This document shows, in pieces, positions 26,201 to 38,519 of a DNA stretch of 64,000 nt (its first letter is position 1; each line of letters starts with the position of its first letter). The notes below the pieces were generated by a model. It worked only from the letters and a program-made list of their open reading frames with translations. It was not told the DNA's origin and did not search any database. Source of the DNA: Haliotis rufescens (Eukaryota). Where the stretch lies: NCBI RefSeq assembly GCF_023055435.1, contig NW_025963868.1, positions 13,578,001-13,642,000 on the forward strand. Reading direction: 5' to 3'. The position numbers were made by a program, and so were the translations under genes.

Positions 26201-28010
26201 CTGCAGTCAGGATGACAAAGGACAAACTAACCTTGCTCCTAGACGGAGGTGCTGATCCGTGTGTTCAAGATGAAACTGGACAGACTGTGCTCCATTATGC
26301 TGTAAAGAAACGAAGTGTTGACAATGCGAGGTTGTTCTTAGAAAAGGGTGCCGATCCATGTGTTCAGGACCAAGACGGTAAAACAGCCCTTCACTTTGCA
26401 GTAGAATTGAAAGATTCTGACACTGTTAAGCTGCTCCTTAATAAAAGAGCTGACCCTTGTGTATCCGATAACTATGGCAGGGATGCCTTGTTTTACGCTG
26501 TAAAAGGCCAGAGTAGTCTCATCATGAAATTACTCCTGCAAAATGGAGCCAATCCTTGTGTACAGGATAGGTATGGCACTACAGTACTTCACATTGCTGC
26601 GAGGTGTCTTGATAAAGAAAACGTCATGCTACTGCTGGAACATAAAGCAGACCCACATACTCAAGATCAGCATTTCCAGACGACACTCCATTTTGCTGGC
26701 CGCAATACAAACAGTGAGGTTGTCAGATTACTTCTGGAGAGAGGTGTTGATTCCTTTGTGCAGGATGACAGTGGAATGACGGCTCTTCACTGTGCAGTAT
26801 TAAACTGCAACACTGAAAGTGTTGAGTTACTTCTGGAAAGATGTCCAGTAAGGGATATACAAGATCGAGAAGGAAAGACGCCACTTCACCATGCAGCGGA
26901 AACAGAATACACAAATATTGTTAAGCTTCTCTTAGAAAAAAACTTCGACCCCAGTGTACAAGACCGTTGTGGTGAAACATCCCTTCACTATGCAGCAAAG
27001 AGAGGGTATAATGAGAGTGTTGAGTTAATTGTGGAAAAAGGTGTTGATGTGTCTATCAAAGACCAAGAAGGCATGACAGCACTTCATCATGTGGCAGATA
27101 TCAGTAAGGAAAGTGTTCAACTACTGCTGGTACATGGTGCTGATTCCAGTGCAAAGGATCATATGGGGAGAACTCCTCTTCACCTGGCAACAGAAGGAGG
27201 ATGCAATGATAGTGTAAAGCTGCTTTTGGAGAATGGTGCAGATCCTTGTGGAAAGGATGATTTGGGCAAAACACCACTTCAATAAGCAGCAATTCACAAT
27301 GAAGATATCATTAATATGTTGTTTGAGAAGGGTGCAAACGCACATGTGCAGGACAAAGAAGGCAAAACGCCACTTCACTATGCATCAGATTGTAATTTGT
27401 GGAATTGTGCTCATCTGCTGTTAGAAAACGGAGCTGACCCCTGCCGACGGATCAACAAGGCAAAACAGCCCTGCACACTGCAGTTGAAGCTGAGTTTAGC
27501 TTTGATGTATTTGCGTACACCCACACGTCATACCGGTACGTAACGAAAAGAAAGAAGAAGAAGAGTATTGTTAAGCTCCTCATTGATAAAGGGTCCAATC
27601 CATGTATGAGGGACAAACAAGGAAGAACTGCACTTCATTATGCAGCTGAGAGAGGTTGCAGTGATAGCTTTCATCTTTTATTGGGAAATAATCCTATGCC
27701 ATTCATCAAGGACGAACAGGGAAGAACTCCTCTGCACTGTGCAGCAGCCAAAGGAAGCAGGGACAATGTTGAACTGCTCTTGGATAAAGGTGCAGACCTA
27801 TGTGCAAAAGATCAACAGGGAAGAACTCCTCTGCACTGTGCAGCAGAAGCCGAAAGTGATTGCAGTGAAATTGTTAAACTTCTCCTTGAGAAAGGAGCTG
27901 ATCCCCTGATGATGGATCAGCAAGGCATGACAGCCCTTGACTATGCAACTAGATGTGGGAACACTGCCAGCGTTAAGCTATTGCATGGAAGGGTTTCTGA
28001 GAAACAGTGA
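23214..28010 (+). pseudogene. STAND-class P-loop NTPase (nSTAND3-like) + helical region + ~25 ankyrin repeats; single ~4.8 kb exon with 3 frameshifts and 1 nonsense codon
   Basis: Walker A GRSGSGKS (23321-23344), Walker B YIVMLDDVFG, sensor-1 FLVITSR, GxP motif GFPQCC, winged-helix-like YKFQHQSI; then 33-aa repeats D..G.T.LH.AA....VKLLL..GADP. Breaks at ~23870, ~24720, TAA 27283-27285 and ~27445. The joined frame would be ~1600 aa. Confidence 0.9.
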
Positions 28011-29164
28011 TTGTGAACAGAAGATAGTACTGTATTGTTGTCGGGTTGTATTTATCCATAAAACTAGATATGAGGAACTGTGTGGATATGAAGAGGAAGC
28101 AAGAGAGTTATGTAGTTGATTAAGTGTCCAAAATGACAGGTAATGATTGGCAAGTTGTGCTATGCACTCATGTAGTTGATTTATTTCTTATAATGTCTCC
28201 AGTATATGGGATCAATTTTTAATAGGTCGTGTTGTGTAGTCACGTAGTGGGTTCATTGTCTGTAATGCCTTAAGTATATGTGATCAAGTATTGATAAGTT
28301 GTGTGATGTGCTCGTGTAGTCGATTTACTGTTATAATTGTAATTGTAATTAATAATTGGTTGTGTAATTTGTGATAAGTCGTCTACAATCCATAATTATG
28401 TCATGTATTTTATCACCATTTACCTGTGTGAGTTATCCCTCACACGTTGGAGATACCTATTGACGGCGCGGTAGCTTAATTTGTCCAAATCCATCAACAG
28501 AGAATACAGTCAACATGACATCTGCAGAAACATGCTGTTTGGTTGTGTATTTGATTCAAATGCAGCATGTAAGCATAGAACGTAATGTACTTAATACATG
28601 CAACCTGTTAAGGATGTACTACACATACTTTGCTTGTCTTTTTAAAGCCACCCCTCATACATACTTGAATCAACAGGGGTTTGTTTGTTTGTTTGTTTGT
28701 TTGTTTGTTTTCAAGAAAGAAGTTCTGAAATATAATTTTATCACATTTTCTTGATGGATGTGGTCAATTTGTTAATCTTCAGCAACCTTTGCTTGTCGTA
28801 AGAGGTAACTATGCTTGTCGTAAGAGGCGACCAACGGGATCGGGTGGTCAGGCTCTCTGACTTGGTTGATGCATGTCATCGTATCCCAATTGCGTGGATC
28901 GATGTTCATTATGTCAGTCACTGGATTGTCTGGTCCAGATTCCATAGCTTGGACAAAGATGTACAGCCTAGGGTCACCCTAGGGAGCGTCAGCATATGAC
29001 ACAAATGGCAAGTGTTGTGCGAAAGTAAGCGTGTGTGTGATTCCTATGCACCTCGACCACACTCTCTCGGTTTGGGGTATATAAATGTCAACATTGTTAT
29101 CAGGAGTGAAGAGATGAAACGCCATACTGGAGTTCACCTATATTGCCATTTATTGCCGAGAGCC

Positions 29165-29209
<45 letters not shown>
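29165..29209. repeat. (AAT)n microsatellite
   Basis: Directly visible. Confidence 0.97.
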
Positions 29210-29210
<1 letters not shown>

Positions 29211-29439
29211 TGTACTTATATTGCGACATCCTCAGTGCACTTGGTGCTTGGACTGTTGGTTTGACATGTAACTGAACTGAACTTAACTTTGTTACACTCA
29301 GACCGCTATCAGCGTCATTAGAGGTACAGCACTGATCAACATATACATCACTATATACAAATACAATATATATATATCAACAGATTTACCGAGCAGTGGC
29401 TTCAGTAAATCAAAATACGGGACAGAGTTCAGTTACAAG

Positions 29440-29925
29440 ACATATTGATAGGGTTAAATAGCAGCATTATAATTTTACAAAAACTGGATAATAAGTGTTT
29501 TTAATCTATTATTATTTATTATTTGGTAAAATGTAAAAAAATATCTTCTAATTAGCTGTTTTCTCTCATTTTGAAATAGCAGATAGATAAGTAGATAGTG
29601 GAACTCATCACCTAAATCAAATGATTTACAAATGGACATTTTCTTTCAGTTAAGGTATTTCATTTCAATCTTCAATGGGGAGATTGTCATTGGAGGTTCT
29701 AAATTAAAATAAGTCGCTCCAAATACTTACTTTTATATTTAAATAATTTTAGGCCAAGATCATCGAAGATTTGTTTTAAAAAGGTTATCCATTTATGTTT
29801 GTGTTTTTCAAATATACTGAACAACAAAAGTTCCTGTGACATTGAATAAGATCTATGCAAAGCTATGGTTTTTACCAAATCTGAAACAATTTCGGTTTGC
29901 AACAGATAAAAGACCCCTGTAAGTG
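29440..29925 (-). mobile_element. Degraded non-LTR retrotransposon (LINE) 3' remnant
   Basis: Minus-strand translation gives ICKSFDLGDEFHYLLIC, resembling the C-terminal C..C....DE.H.LL.C motif of LINE ORF2; heavily interrupted. Confidence 0.5.
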
Positions 29926-29929
29926 TTCA

Positions 29930-30830
29930 AATGGTTTAATTTGCCATACTGACTTCAGAAAATGCGTGATTTTTATCAAAAACAACAACATTTTCATACA
30001 AACATGTCAATTTACAAATCAATAGCGTGTGTGTCCACCTCTGGTTGCGATGCAAACAATACATCTTCGTCTCATGGAATGGACCAGGCGTCGCAAAAAG
30101 TCCTGTGGGATATCTGTCCATAAATGCTGGAGCATGTGTCGAAGTTCCTTGGGTGTCTGTGGAACACGTGGTTGACGTCGAGGGCGCCGATCCATCTCAT
30201 CCCACACGTGCTCGATTGGTGAGAGATCAGGGGAGCGAGCTGGCCAGGGGATGACATTCACGTTGTTTTGTTGTCTTGAAGAGAATCCTGAACAAGTCGA
30301 GCAATATGAGGCCGGGCGTTTTCATGTTGAAAGGTAATGCCTGGGCCATGACGACCCAATAAACGGTAGAACAACGGGGCCGATGATCTCGTCGCGTTAG
30401 CGCTGTCCATTGAGATTTCCCTCTACCAATATCAAACGGGTCCTCTGTCTTGCTGTAATCCCACCCCATACCATAACCCTGCCGCCCCCGAACCGATCTT
30501 CTTCCAATGATTGACGCTACGTTCACCTCGACGTCGGTACACTCGAATCCGTTCATCGCTGTGGCTGAGGTGAAACCGAGACTCGTCAGTGAATAGAACT
30601 TGTCCCCTTTGCATGGCCGTCCAGCGTAGACGCTGTTTGTACCACTGTAGACGTGCTTGACGGTGGTTTCCTGTCAAAATTGGACGTCTGGCGGGGCGAC
30701 AGCCGTCAAGCTTCCGAGACGGGCCAAGGCGGGGGTGATGAATGATCCACGCACGAAAGGTGGTCTTGATGTGATGAAAAGTGTGAGAGATGCGTAAACA
30801 CGCTCTTTCCCCCTTATATAGCCTAACTAG
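29930..30830 (-). mobile_element. Decayed Tc1/mariner transposon (transposase fragments)
   Basis: VLFTDESRFHL and WPARSPDLSPIEHVW...GGHTRY motifs in broken frames; boundaries approximate. Confidence 0.9.
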
Positions 30831-31844
30831 CTATTGGAAATTTCTACAGTGTCCCCATCAGTGTAGCGGTTCCACAACATTCCACATGTTTCTTTAACAC
30901 ACTATCACCATCCGCGGTATACCGGAAGTTTACACACAACACTAGCATCTAAATATAGTTACTTCCTGACGAGTACTTACATTAAATAGTACGACAATCC
31001 TGACGACTAATCATTGTCCAAACACAATGCAATGAGCGTCTACCGAATCTCCTCAGAAACAATGTAAGACATTTACAACCACCGTTAAACAATAAAATAC
31101 ACTGCCGTATAACAATATGTACTCACCACAGGGACTCATGCACATGTCATAATTAGTTGAGAATTGATTAAAATGATCGTTCGTTATAGGCAACATACCT
31201 CGTTCCAACTTCATATCAAGTGTACGTCCCCCTTAACAGGTCAGGAATATCTCTCGGGACATAAGCTTTACGTGAATGGCAAGAAAAGTGGGTATCAGTA
31301 CAGATGCACATGGTATTAATGGTTGCATGTTTGATATATTCAGTAGGAATGATACACATACTATTGAGGCACATACGTATTCAAAATAATCTTCAACACT
31401 ACCTATCACTGATGATAATGGGTTAGAATAGCTGCACACGTGTCGTATAAGAAGACATCTTCCCGAGGCAAGTGACTTAACTGACTATAAAAGTCCAGTT
31501 TCCATCCTTGCTGAACTAGGCTGGTATTATGGAGTTACATGTTGGCTAGACTAACCAGTCCAATCAAAATCGCGCACCGAAATCGAAAGCCGGTTCGTAA
31601 ACTGTCATGCAGTTTTCGGTCGATTGGAGGATTTGCAAAGCATGTGCACTGCTAGCTTGTCTAAATCTTTACATGTTTTCAATCAAGGTGCTCACGTGAT
31701 TTGATGCACTTCGCGATTTAAGACTCGTTTTATCACAATATAGATCTTGATTATCGATCAAATCGTCTTGACTGGGCGCCGCCGTTTTGTTTGAAGCAAA
31801 TGCAAGTGTAACGAGAGGTGGAATTTGATTGGTCCATAGGAGAG

Positions 31845-32205
31845 TGCTATGAGTACTATGACACACACACAGTGATGAGTACTATGACACACACAGTGAT
31901 GAGTACTATGACACACACGGTGATGGGTACTATGACACACATGGTCATGAGTACTATGACACACACACAGTGATGAGGACTATGACACACATGGTCATGA
32001 GTACTATGACACACACAGTGATGAGGACTATGACACACACATGGTGATGGGTACTATGACACACATGGTCATGAGTACTATGACACACACAGTGATGAGG
32101 ACTATGACACACTTGGTGATGGGTACTATGACACACATGGTCATGAGTACTCATGACGTGTGTGTCATAGTCCTCATCACCTTATGTCATAGTACTCATC
32201 ACAGT
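31845..32205. repeat. ~22-24 bp minisatellite with terminal inversion
   Basis: Units (G)TGATGAGTACTATGACACACA..; orientation flips at palindrome GTCATGAGTACTCATGAC (32140-32157). Confidence 0.9.
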
Positions 32206-34235
32206 ACCCAGTGTAACTAGTGTATCTTGTATAAAGTATCACCCCTACAAGACTCACCATGTCTCCAAGCCAACAGATAACAACAAATTTCATGTGCTTT
32301 GATTGGGTGATTATACCAGAGCTTTATCCACTTGTATGTACATCGATCAGTGACAACATGCTACAGTATGCTGAAGAAGTGCTGGCTCCCTGTCGAACAG
32401 GGCAATGGCTGGAAACACAAGTAATAGAGCCTCTACTTCACGTCTTACCAACGTTTCCTTTCCTGTACCTCACGCTGACCATCATTGTATGGCCTATAGC
32501 ATGTTTAGTTCCACTAACAGCATGCATAGACGATATTTGTTTGTTTGTTTGTTTGTTGTTGAAAACCTCACTCAGCAATATTCCAGCTATAAGACGGCGG
32601 TCTGTAAATAATCCGAGTCTGGGTTGCATGTGCATCGATCTACGCAATTTGGATATGATGACATGTATCAACCAAGTCAGCAAACCTGACCACCCGCTCC
32701 CGTAAGTCGCCTTTTACGACAAGCATAGTCGCCTTTTACGGCAAGTATGGGTTGCTGAAGACCTATTTTTCCCCGGAATCTTCACGGGTCGCAGAGACGA
32801 TAAAAAATTTGAAATGTTATATTATAATTTATAACTTAACATGTCAACTATGTCTGCTCAAAACAGCATTCAAAATAATTTTAAACCCAACAAGACATTC
32901 AGGCAGGTGACCCAGGCGGGCACCCAATTATTACTAAAACAAATTAAGGCGATCACTGGCTGGGAGGGGGGTTTGATGCCAAATAGTTGACAGAGACCAA
33001 ACAGGTGCACTTCTTGTGAATAACACATCAGTCTGCATAAAAACCTTTTGAGTCTACTGGTACCTCTCAGTGTCACTTGATACTATTTTCAGCATTTCAA
33101 CTTATGTATGTACTTTTATTAACCAAGCTGACTAGACCGAAAGACATTTTACAACAGACTACAGGCTGAAGTCAGAGTAATATACATACTCAGATCTATT
33201 TAATTTCTTGAATTATGGACAACAATACTAGTAGTGAGTGAGTGAGTTTGGTTTTACGCCGCTTTTAGCAATATTCCAGCAATATCACGGCAGGGGACAC
33301 CAGAAATGGGCTTCAAACATTGTACCCGTCGGCATGACGGGCGATCACTTTAACCACCAGGCTACCCAACCGCCCCGACAACAATACTAAACATGCTAAA
33401 GTAAACAAAAGAAGGATCAATCAGTCAATCCTCTCATTTATTAGTTCTTTATATTGTTGGTGAAACACAGCTTGTCACATTGGCCTCAGAATAGCAGGAA
33501 ACCAAAAGGTTGGGAAATAAGCATGTCAAGAGGAAACACCATGGACTCAACAAAGGTGATGCACTTCACCTTCATGAAGAGAGCACAAACAACAGGGTAA
33601 AAAAAGGTTTTTGTCCATTGTTCCAGCCCTCAAGGAGACGTGCATACAGTCTGGCAGCGAAGCACAAGAGACAGCCTTCCATACTTGACCAGTCTTTCAG
33701 CAGTTCATTCTCTGGGATGAGCATCTCAAACTGTTCCAACGTAGACATCCAGAATCCCTTCGAATACTCTTATATAATTTAGTGAGTAAGAATTTATTAA
33801 CGATTAAGTTTATCAACTTACAATAAATCCAGCCTCCTGTTAAGAACACCAGACAATGGATTAACAAAGTGTAATTAAATATTAACATGTTGTATGTTTT
33901 TGTGGTGCTTTGATTAGATTATTTTCCCCATGCAGGGTATCGGATCAACTCAAATTCCTGGACATCGCTGCTATCATCCAAAACATCCTAAAGTTTAAAT
34001 TGTTTTCTTAAATTATGAAATGATTTTGAAACATTTAAGCATGCAATTATGATCCTAACCGTTTCATTGGCACTAAAATGCAAGGAAGTTCGAACACAGT
34101 ACTTCCAGGAAGATGACAAAAAAACAGACACAGTCCAAATGTATTTCTGGAACAATGTGAGATGGCTCCAAGCCAGGGCTCTGCTGCTGTGTACGATGGA
34201 ATATGTCAACACTGATTCACAAACACATGTCCATG

Positions 34236-37200
34236 TTATGAGTTTTTGGCAACAAGAACTCCGCCAGACTTTGTCTCCTTGTCTTGTGTTTCTGGCGTGT
34301 CTTTAGTCTCCTCGCCCCGGATCTTCAGGCCGTGATGTTCTCTGTATTTGTTGATATCGGTGCCCTTTGTTTCCAACTGCTTCGTTAATGTGCCCACCAA
34401 ATTGTTCATCTGCAAAAAGAAACGTGTTTACTCGTCATCTTTTTTTGGACACAAACAACTTGTTTTACATGGAAAAAAACACATGGAAAAAAACTCTTGT
34501 CGTGAGTGAATAGATTTTGTCACGAGTGACAGTTGTTTACTGGTACTATTGTTATGATACGCCTATTTCATGTATCAAAATATATGTATACCATGTATAC
34601 AAAGGTAGCCACCATTCGTCAAATCTGACTAATCTGCAGCTCATTTCGGACTGGTGGTTTTTGCAAACTAGCTAGATTTTGGTACAAAACAACTGGTTCC
34701 CCTGGATTTTCTGAACTATAAGCCATGTCTATCCCTGTATAAATATATTCTGTTTTTTTTGTTTGTTTGTTGTTTAACACCACACTCAGCAATATTCCAG
34801 CTCTATCATGTCTATGACGACAGTCTTTAAATAATCAAGTCTGGATAAGGCAATCCAGTAATTGACATCATGAGCATCAATCAATGCAATTGAGATACGA
34901 TGACATGTACCAACCAAGTCAGCATGCCTGACCACCCGATCCCATTAGTCACCTCTTACGACAAGCATGGGTTGTTCAAGACCTATTCTAACCCAGATCT
35001 GCACTGGTTCCCAAATTCATGCAGGCCTCCGATGTTTACCACTTTAAAGAAACCCATGAGCATGTGTATGGTGCTAGAGCAAAACAGGATTCAAACCCAC
35101 GATCAAATGTTCGCTGCATACCCAGGCGACAAAACTCTGCACCACAAATTGCAGCACATCACTCACTATCTGAGTAGGTAACTCAGATATATACTGACAG
35201 TATTGCAAACATATTCTCACACAGCAATGAAGATAGAGAGTTTTTCACCCAAATATCTTTTGATATGACATATATCTACATGAGTTGATAAAAGTTTAAA
35301 ATTCCAAGGCTTGTCAAGCAACAAGCAGAGTAAAAAAGTAATCATGCTAATTTCCAACCCTGAAATGTCTATTCTTTACTAATATGAACATGTCCAATAA
35401 CTTTCAGAATCATAACGATATCTCTAAATTTTCCATAACATTCAAAACTACTATTTACCAGCATGTCCAGTGGGAACCAAACATCACTCATCCACACAGA
35501 TGAATTCTTCCAGTTATTTCTGAGAATAATATATTAATAAAACTTCAAAGGTTGAATATCGACAATACTGACCTGGTCCTTGTTATTGACGAGCGCGGGT
35601 AGGACATCCTTTACCGTTCTCTCAACCAGAACCCCGCCGACCATACGGAAACACTTCCTGTCGGAATCTACCTCTTTCAGTGTCTCGATCACCAGTCTGA
35701 AAACAACATGGGAAGGTAAGTCCTCAGTCCAGAGTGAGTGAGTACAGGGTCAGAAACTAACAGTTTTCGTCCACTAGTCCTTATAATGATAACATATAGC
35801 AAAACCCTTAAAAAGGGCAAATTCCTACTAGTCCTTATGATACTTTTACCATTGGGCAGTTTGGCAAGGACCATAGAACTAGTGCCAATTTCTAACGCTG
35901 GAGTATGGTTTTATGACACTTTTAGCAATATTCCAGCAATATCATGGCGGGGGACACCACAAATGGGCTTCACACATTGTACCCATGTCGGGAATCGAAC
36001 CTGGGTCTACGACGTGACAAGCGAACGCTTTAACCACTAGGCAACACAACCGACCCTGTCAGTCCAGAACATCAGACCATAAGTCAATAACATGATGCTA
36101 AACAAGGAATGAAGGCAGGCAGACAGTCAGTTATTTCAGACACCGTCTGAGAGCATACACAGTGAAGTCATACAGTACTCGAATATTCCGTGATGCACAA
36201 CAAATCAGGGGAACCGGAACTACAACGTGAACTGTTTTGGGTTTCAGGTTGAGATCTATGGAATTGTCCTCCATTTAGCGTACTGGGTACTGTTCTGTAT
36301 TCTGAGTTTGGTAGGTTGCATTACCGTAGACACAAACATACGTGGGGTTCAAACCTGTAGTACCTGTGCCAACAACAAACCCTTCTGCTGCAATTAGATG
36401 GCAAATACCACTTTGACAGGTCACATATGGTTAAAATGTTTATTCATATTTTGACAAAACTGTCAACATCGTCCACCACAACATCAGTTTTTTCTTAAGG
36501 GAATTTTATTTAACATATTGAGAATGTTTCTTATCAAGTTCAAATATGCCATTTGTCATCAGAATGATCATGAAATAATTACGATTTTGACAGTGGTTTC
36601 TGTCATTTTATCATCAAAGTTCATGGTCATTTTTAACTTTCTCACAAAAGTAAAAAAGGAAACAAATGCTTTTCAATGACAAAAAGAAAGTATGTTTACA
36701 GTTGGGCTGGGACAGGAAACTTGGGTCAGGTGGGTACTTAGTAGGACCCGGGTACCCACAGGACTACCCAGGGCCCATGCCAGTAACTAGGGCTGGGACG
36801 AGTCCAAATTTACTACCCGGGTACCCACCCCGCTATTACCCAACCCTACCCATGTACTCGCTGAAGGTCTCAAGAGTGGGTACAAAATGTCTGATTGGGA
36901 ATAGTTTGACCGTAGCCCTGGCAGAATGATTGAGATACACGAATAAAACGATATGGTCATGCATACACTGAAGTTGACTGAAGTTTTATCCATACATTTT
37001 GGCAGGGCTACGCTCAAACTATTCAAAATCGGACATTTTGTACCTGTCACTTAAGACCTACCGTGGGTACCCGGGTAGGGTCGGGCAATAGGGGGTGGGC
37101 ACCCGGATAGTAAACATGGGCTCGTGTCAGCCCTAGTTCACAGCTAGATGGTAGCATGCAGGTGCGTCTTGTGATGTTTTCAGACGGAGGCACGTGTGCA

Positions 37201-37383
37201 TGTAACTAGGGTATAATGTCACTAAAGAAAACTAAATCCATACTCATGTTCTTTCATATCCATCTCTATTTCGGATATCTTCGTTGCTAGTATCCTTTGT
37301 TGCTGTCGGAGTTCTTGAAAACCAGCAATAATTTGTTCTTGCGATTTTCCTTTCGCTGCTTTCTGTGCATAAGTCGACGCCAT
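34236..37383 (-). CDS. PFDN2: Prefoldin subunit 2 (145 aa, 3 coding exons)
   Basis: Exons 37383-37244, 35696-35573, 34409-34236 with GT-AG introns; MASTYAQKAAKGKSQEQIIAGFQELRQQQR...EHELVIETLKEVDSDRKCFRMVGGVLVERTVKDVLPAL...GGVLVAKNS*, matching the PFDN2 signature RKC.RMVGGVLVERTVK. Confidence 0.96.
35745..35900. mobile_element. 156-bp CAG...CTG MITE nested in a SINE tail
   Basis: Imperfect TIRs CAGGGTCAGAAACT / AATTTCTAACGCTG, 5-bp direct repeat GAGTA; inverted-orientation relative at 46530-46659. Confidence 0.7.
36700..37135. mobile_element. Nested fold-back/MITE cluster in PFDN2 intron 1
   Basis: Outer inverted ends TAGGGCTGGGACGAG (36788) / CTCGTGTCAGCCCTA (37135) with GGGTACCC repeats; inner ~55-bp imperfect inverted repeat at ~36870-36927 / ~36993-37053. 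Confidence 0.6.
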
Positions 37384-38519
37384 TTTCAAGCAGCCTCGTT
37401 ACCATATGACGACAATACTTTCCTAACGCCTTCAAGTGGAAGACTTCCGTTGCTAACGTTTTCTGTCGATGAAACGACACACAACACATGCGAACACTCT
37501 TCAATGGTCCCATCAAATACACAAGTCTGGGAATTTCATTATTAATGATTTTTAGGCAACTTGTGTGTAGTTGTACGTCTTTGCATTGTTAACTATATCT
37601 CAACAGTATGTGGTTTCGGATTAAGTTTCAATAGAGACCACATAATAGATTATATGGTCTCAGAGATCGACATAAAAATATATAAAACGTTTCTCTTTAA
37701 AATGATGTCTTCAAAACAAAGTTGGTGGGATATAATATAACTGCAATAAAATAATCAAACGAATGAAAAAGTTTATTTTTGAAAGTCAATTCAAATGGCA
37801 AAGTCCCACCCACTGTTGACTGTCTAAAAAGTTTTCGTTGCTAAAATCCTTCCCAGAATAAATATACTCTACGGAAATAAAAACTGAGTCATGTACACGC
37901 TAAACTGCTTTGCGGGTATACAGGTATTTCTGAGACATTTCACTCTCATCAGTCAGCCAAGGCAGCTGTCACCACAATGATAAGAACGAAAGATTAAGAC
38001 AACAGGCTGCAATGGCTGCATCGGTGAAAGGGGGGCTGGTGGACAATCCGTACCCACATAGATCCGTTCCTTGTATATTTTGGCGGTCCGTACACAAATG
38101 TTGGATAACCCGTTACCACCAGTACCAAATCGACCCTAAAAAAAGCGTATTCGTACACAATGAAAATATATATGGTTTTAAACATCGATCGCTTCTATTT
38201 GATTATTTTAGGTACGGGTTAGCCATTTTCGGTGGTACTAGCGGAAAGAATAGTGAGTGAGTTGGGTTTAACGTAGCTTTTAACAGTATTCCAGTTATAT
38301 CATGGCGTGTCAGCTTAATGTGGGAGGAAAGCCCGAAGTGATGCAGGTCTCAGACGTTTACCAGTTCGGTGAAACCCACGAGCACGGGTATGGTGATGAC
38401 AAACCTGGAACATAATTGGGGCGCACCGGGATTCGAACGCACAATCATAGGTTTCTGGCGTGTCCAAGGGACGCAACTCTGCACAGCGTATCGCAGCGCT
38501 TTAGACGACTGGGCCCCCC

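Noticed and set aside
23860-27460. Programmed frameshifting or readthrough to express the full STAND-ankyrin protein
   Set aside because: It would need four separate recoding events, with no convincing slippery sites, and the stop is TAA. Decay or assembly error is simpler.
33510-33782. 90-aa plus-strand ORF (MGNKHVKRK...)
   Set aside because: Non-ATG start, no recognisable domain or splice partners; lies just 3' of PFDN2 on the opposite strand.
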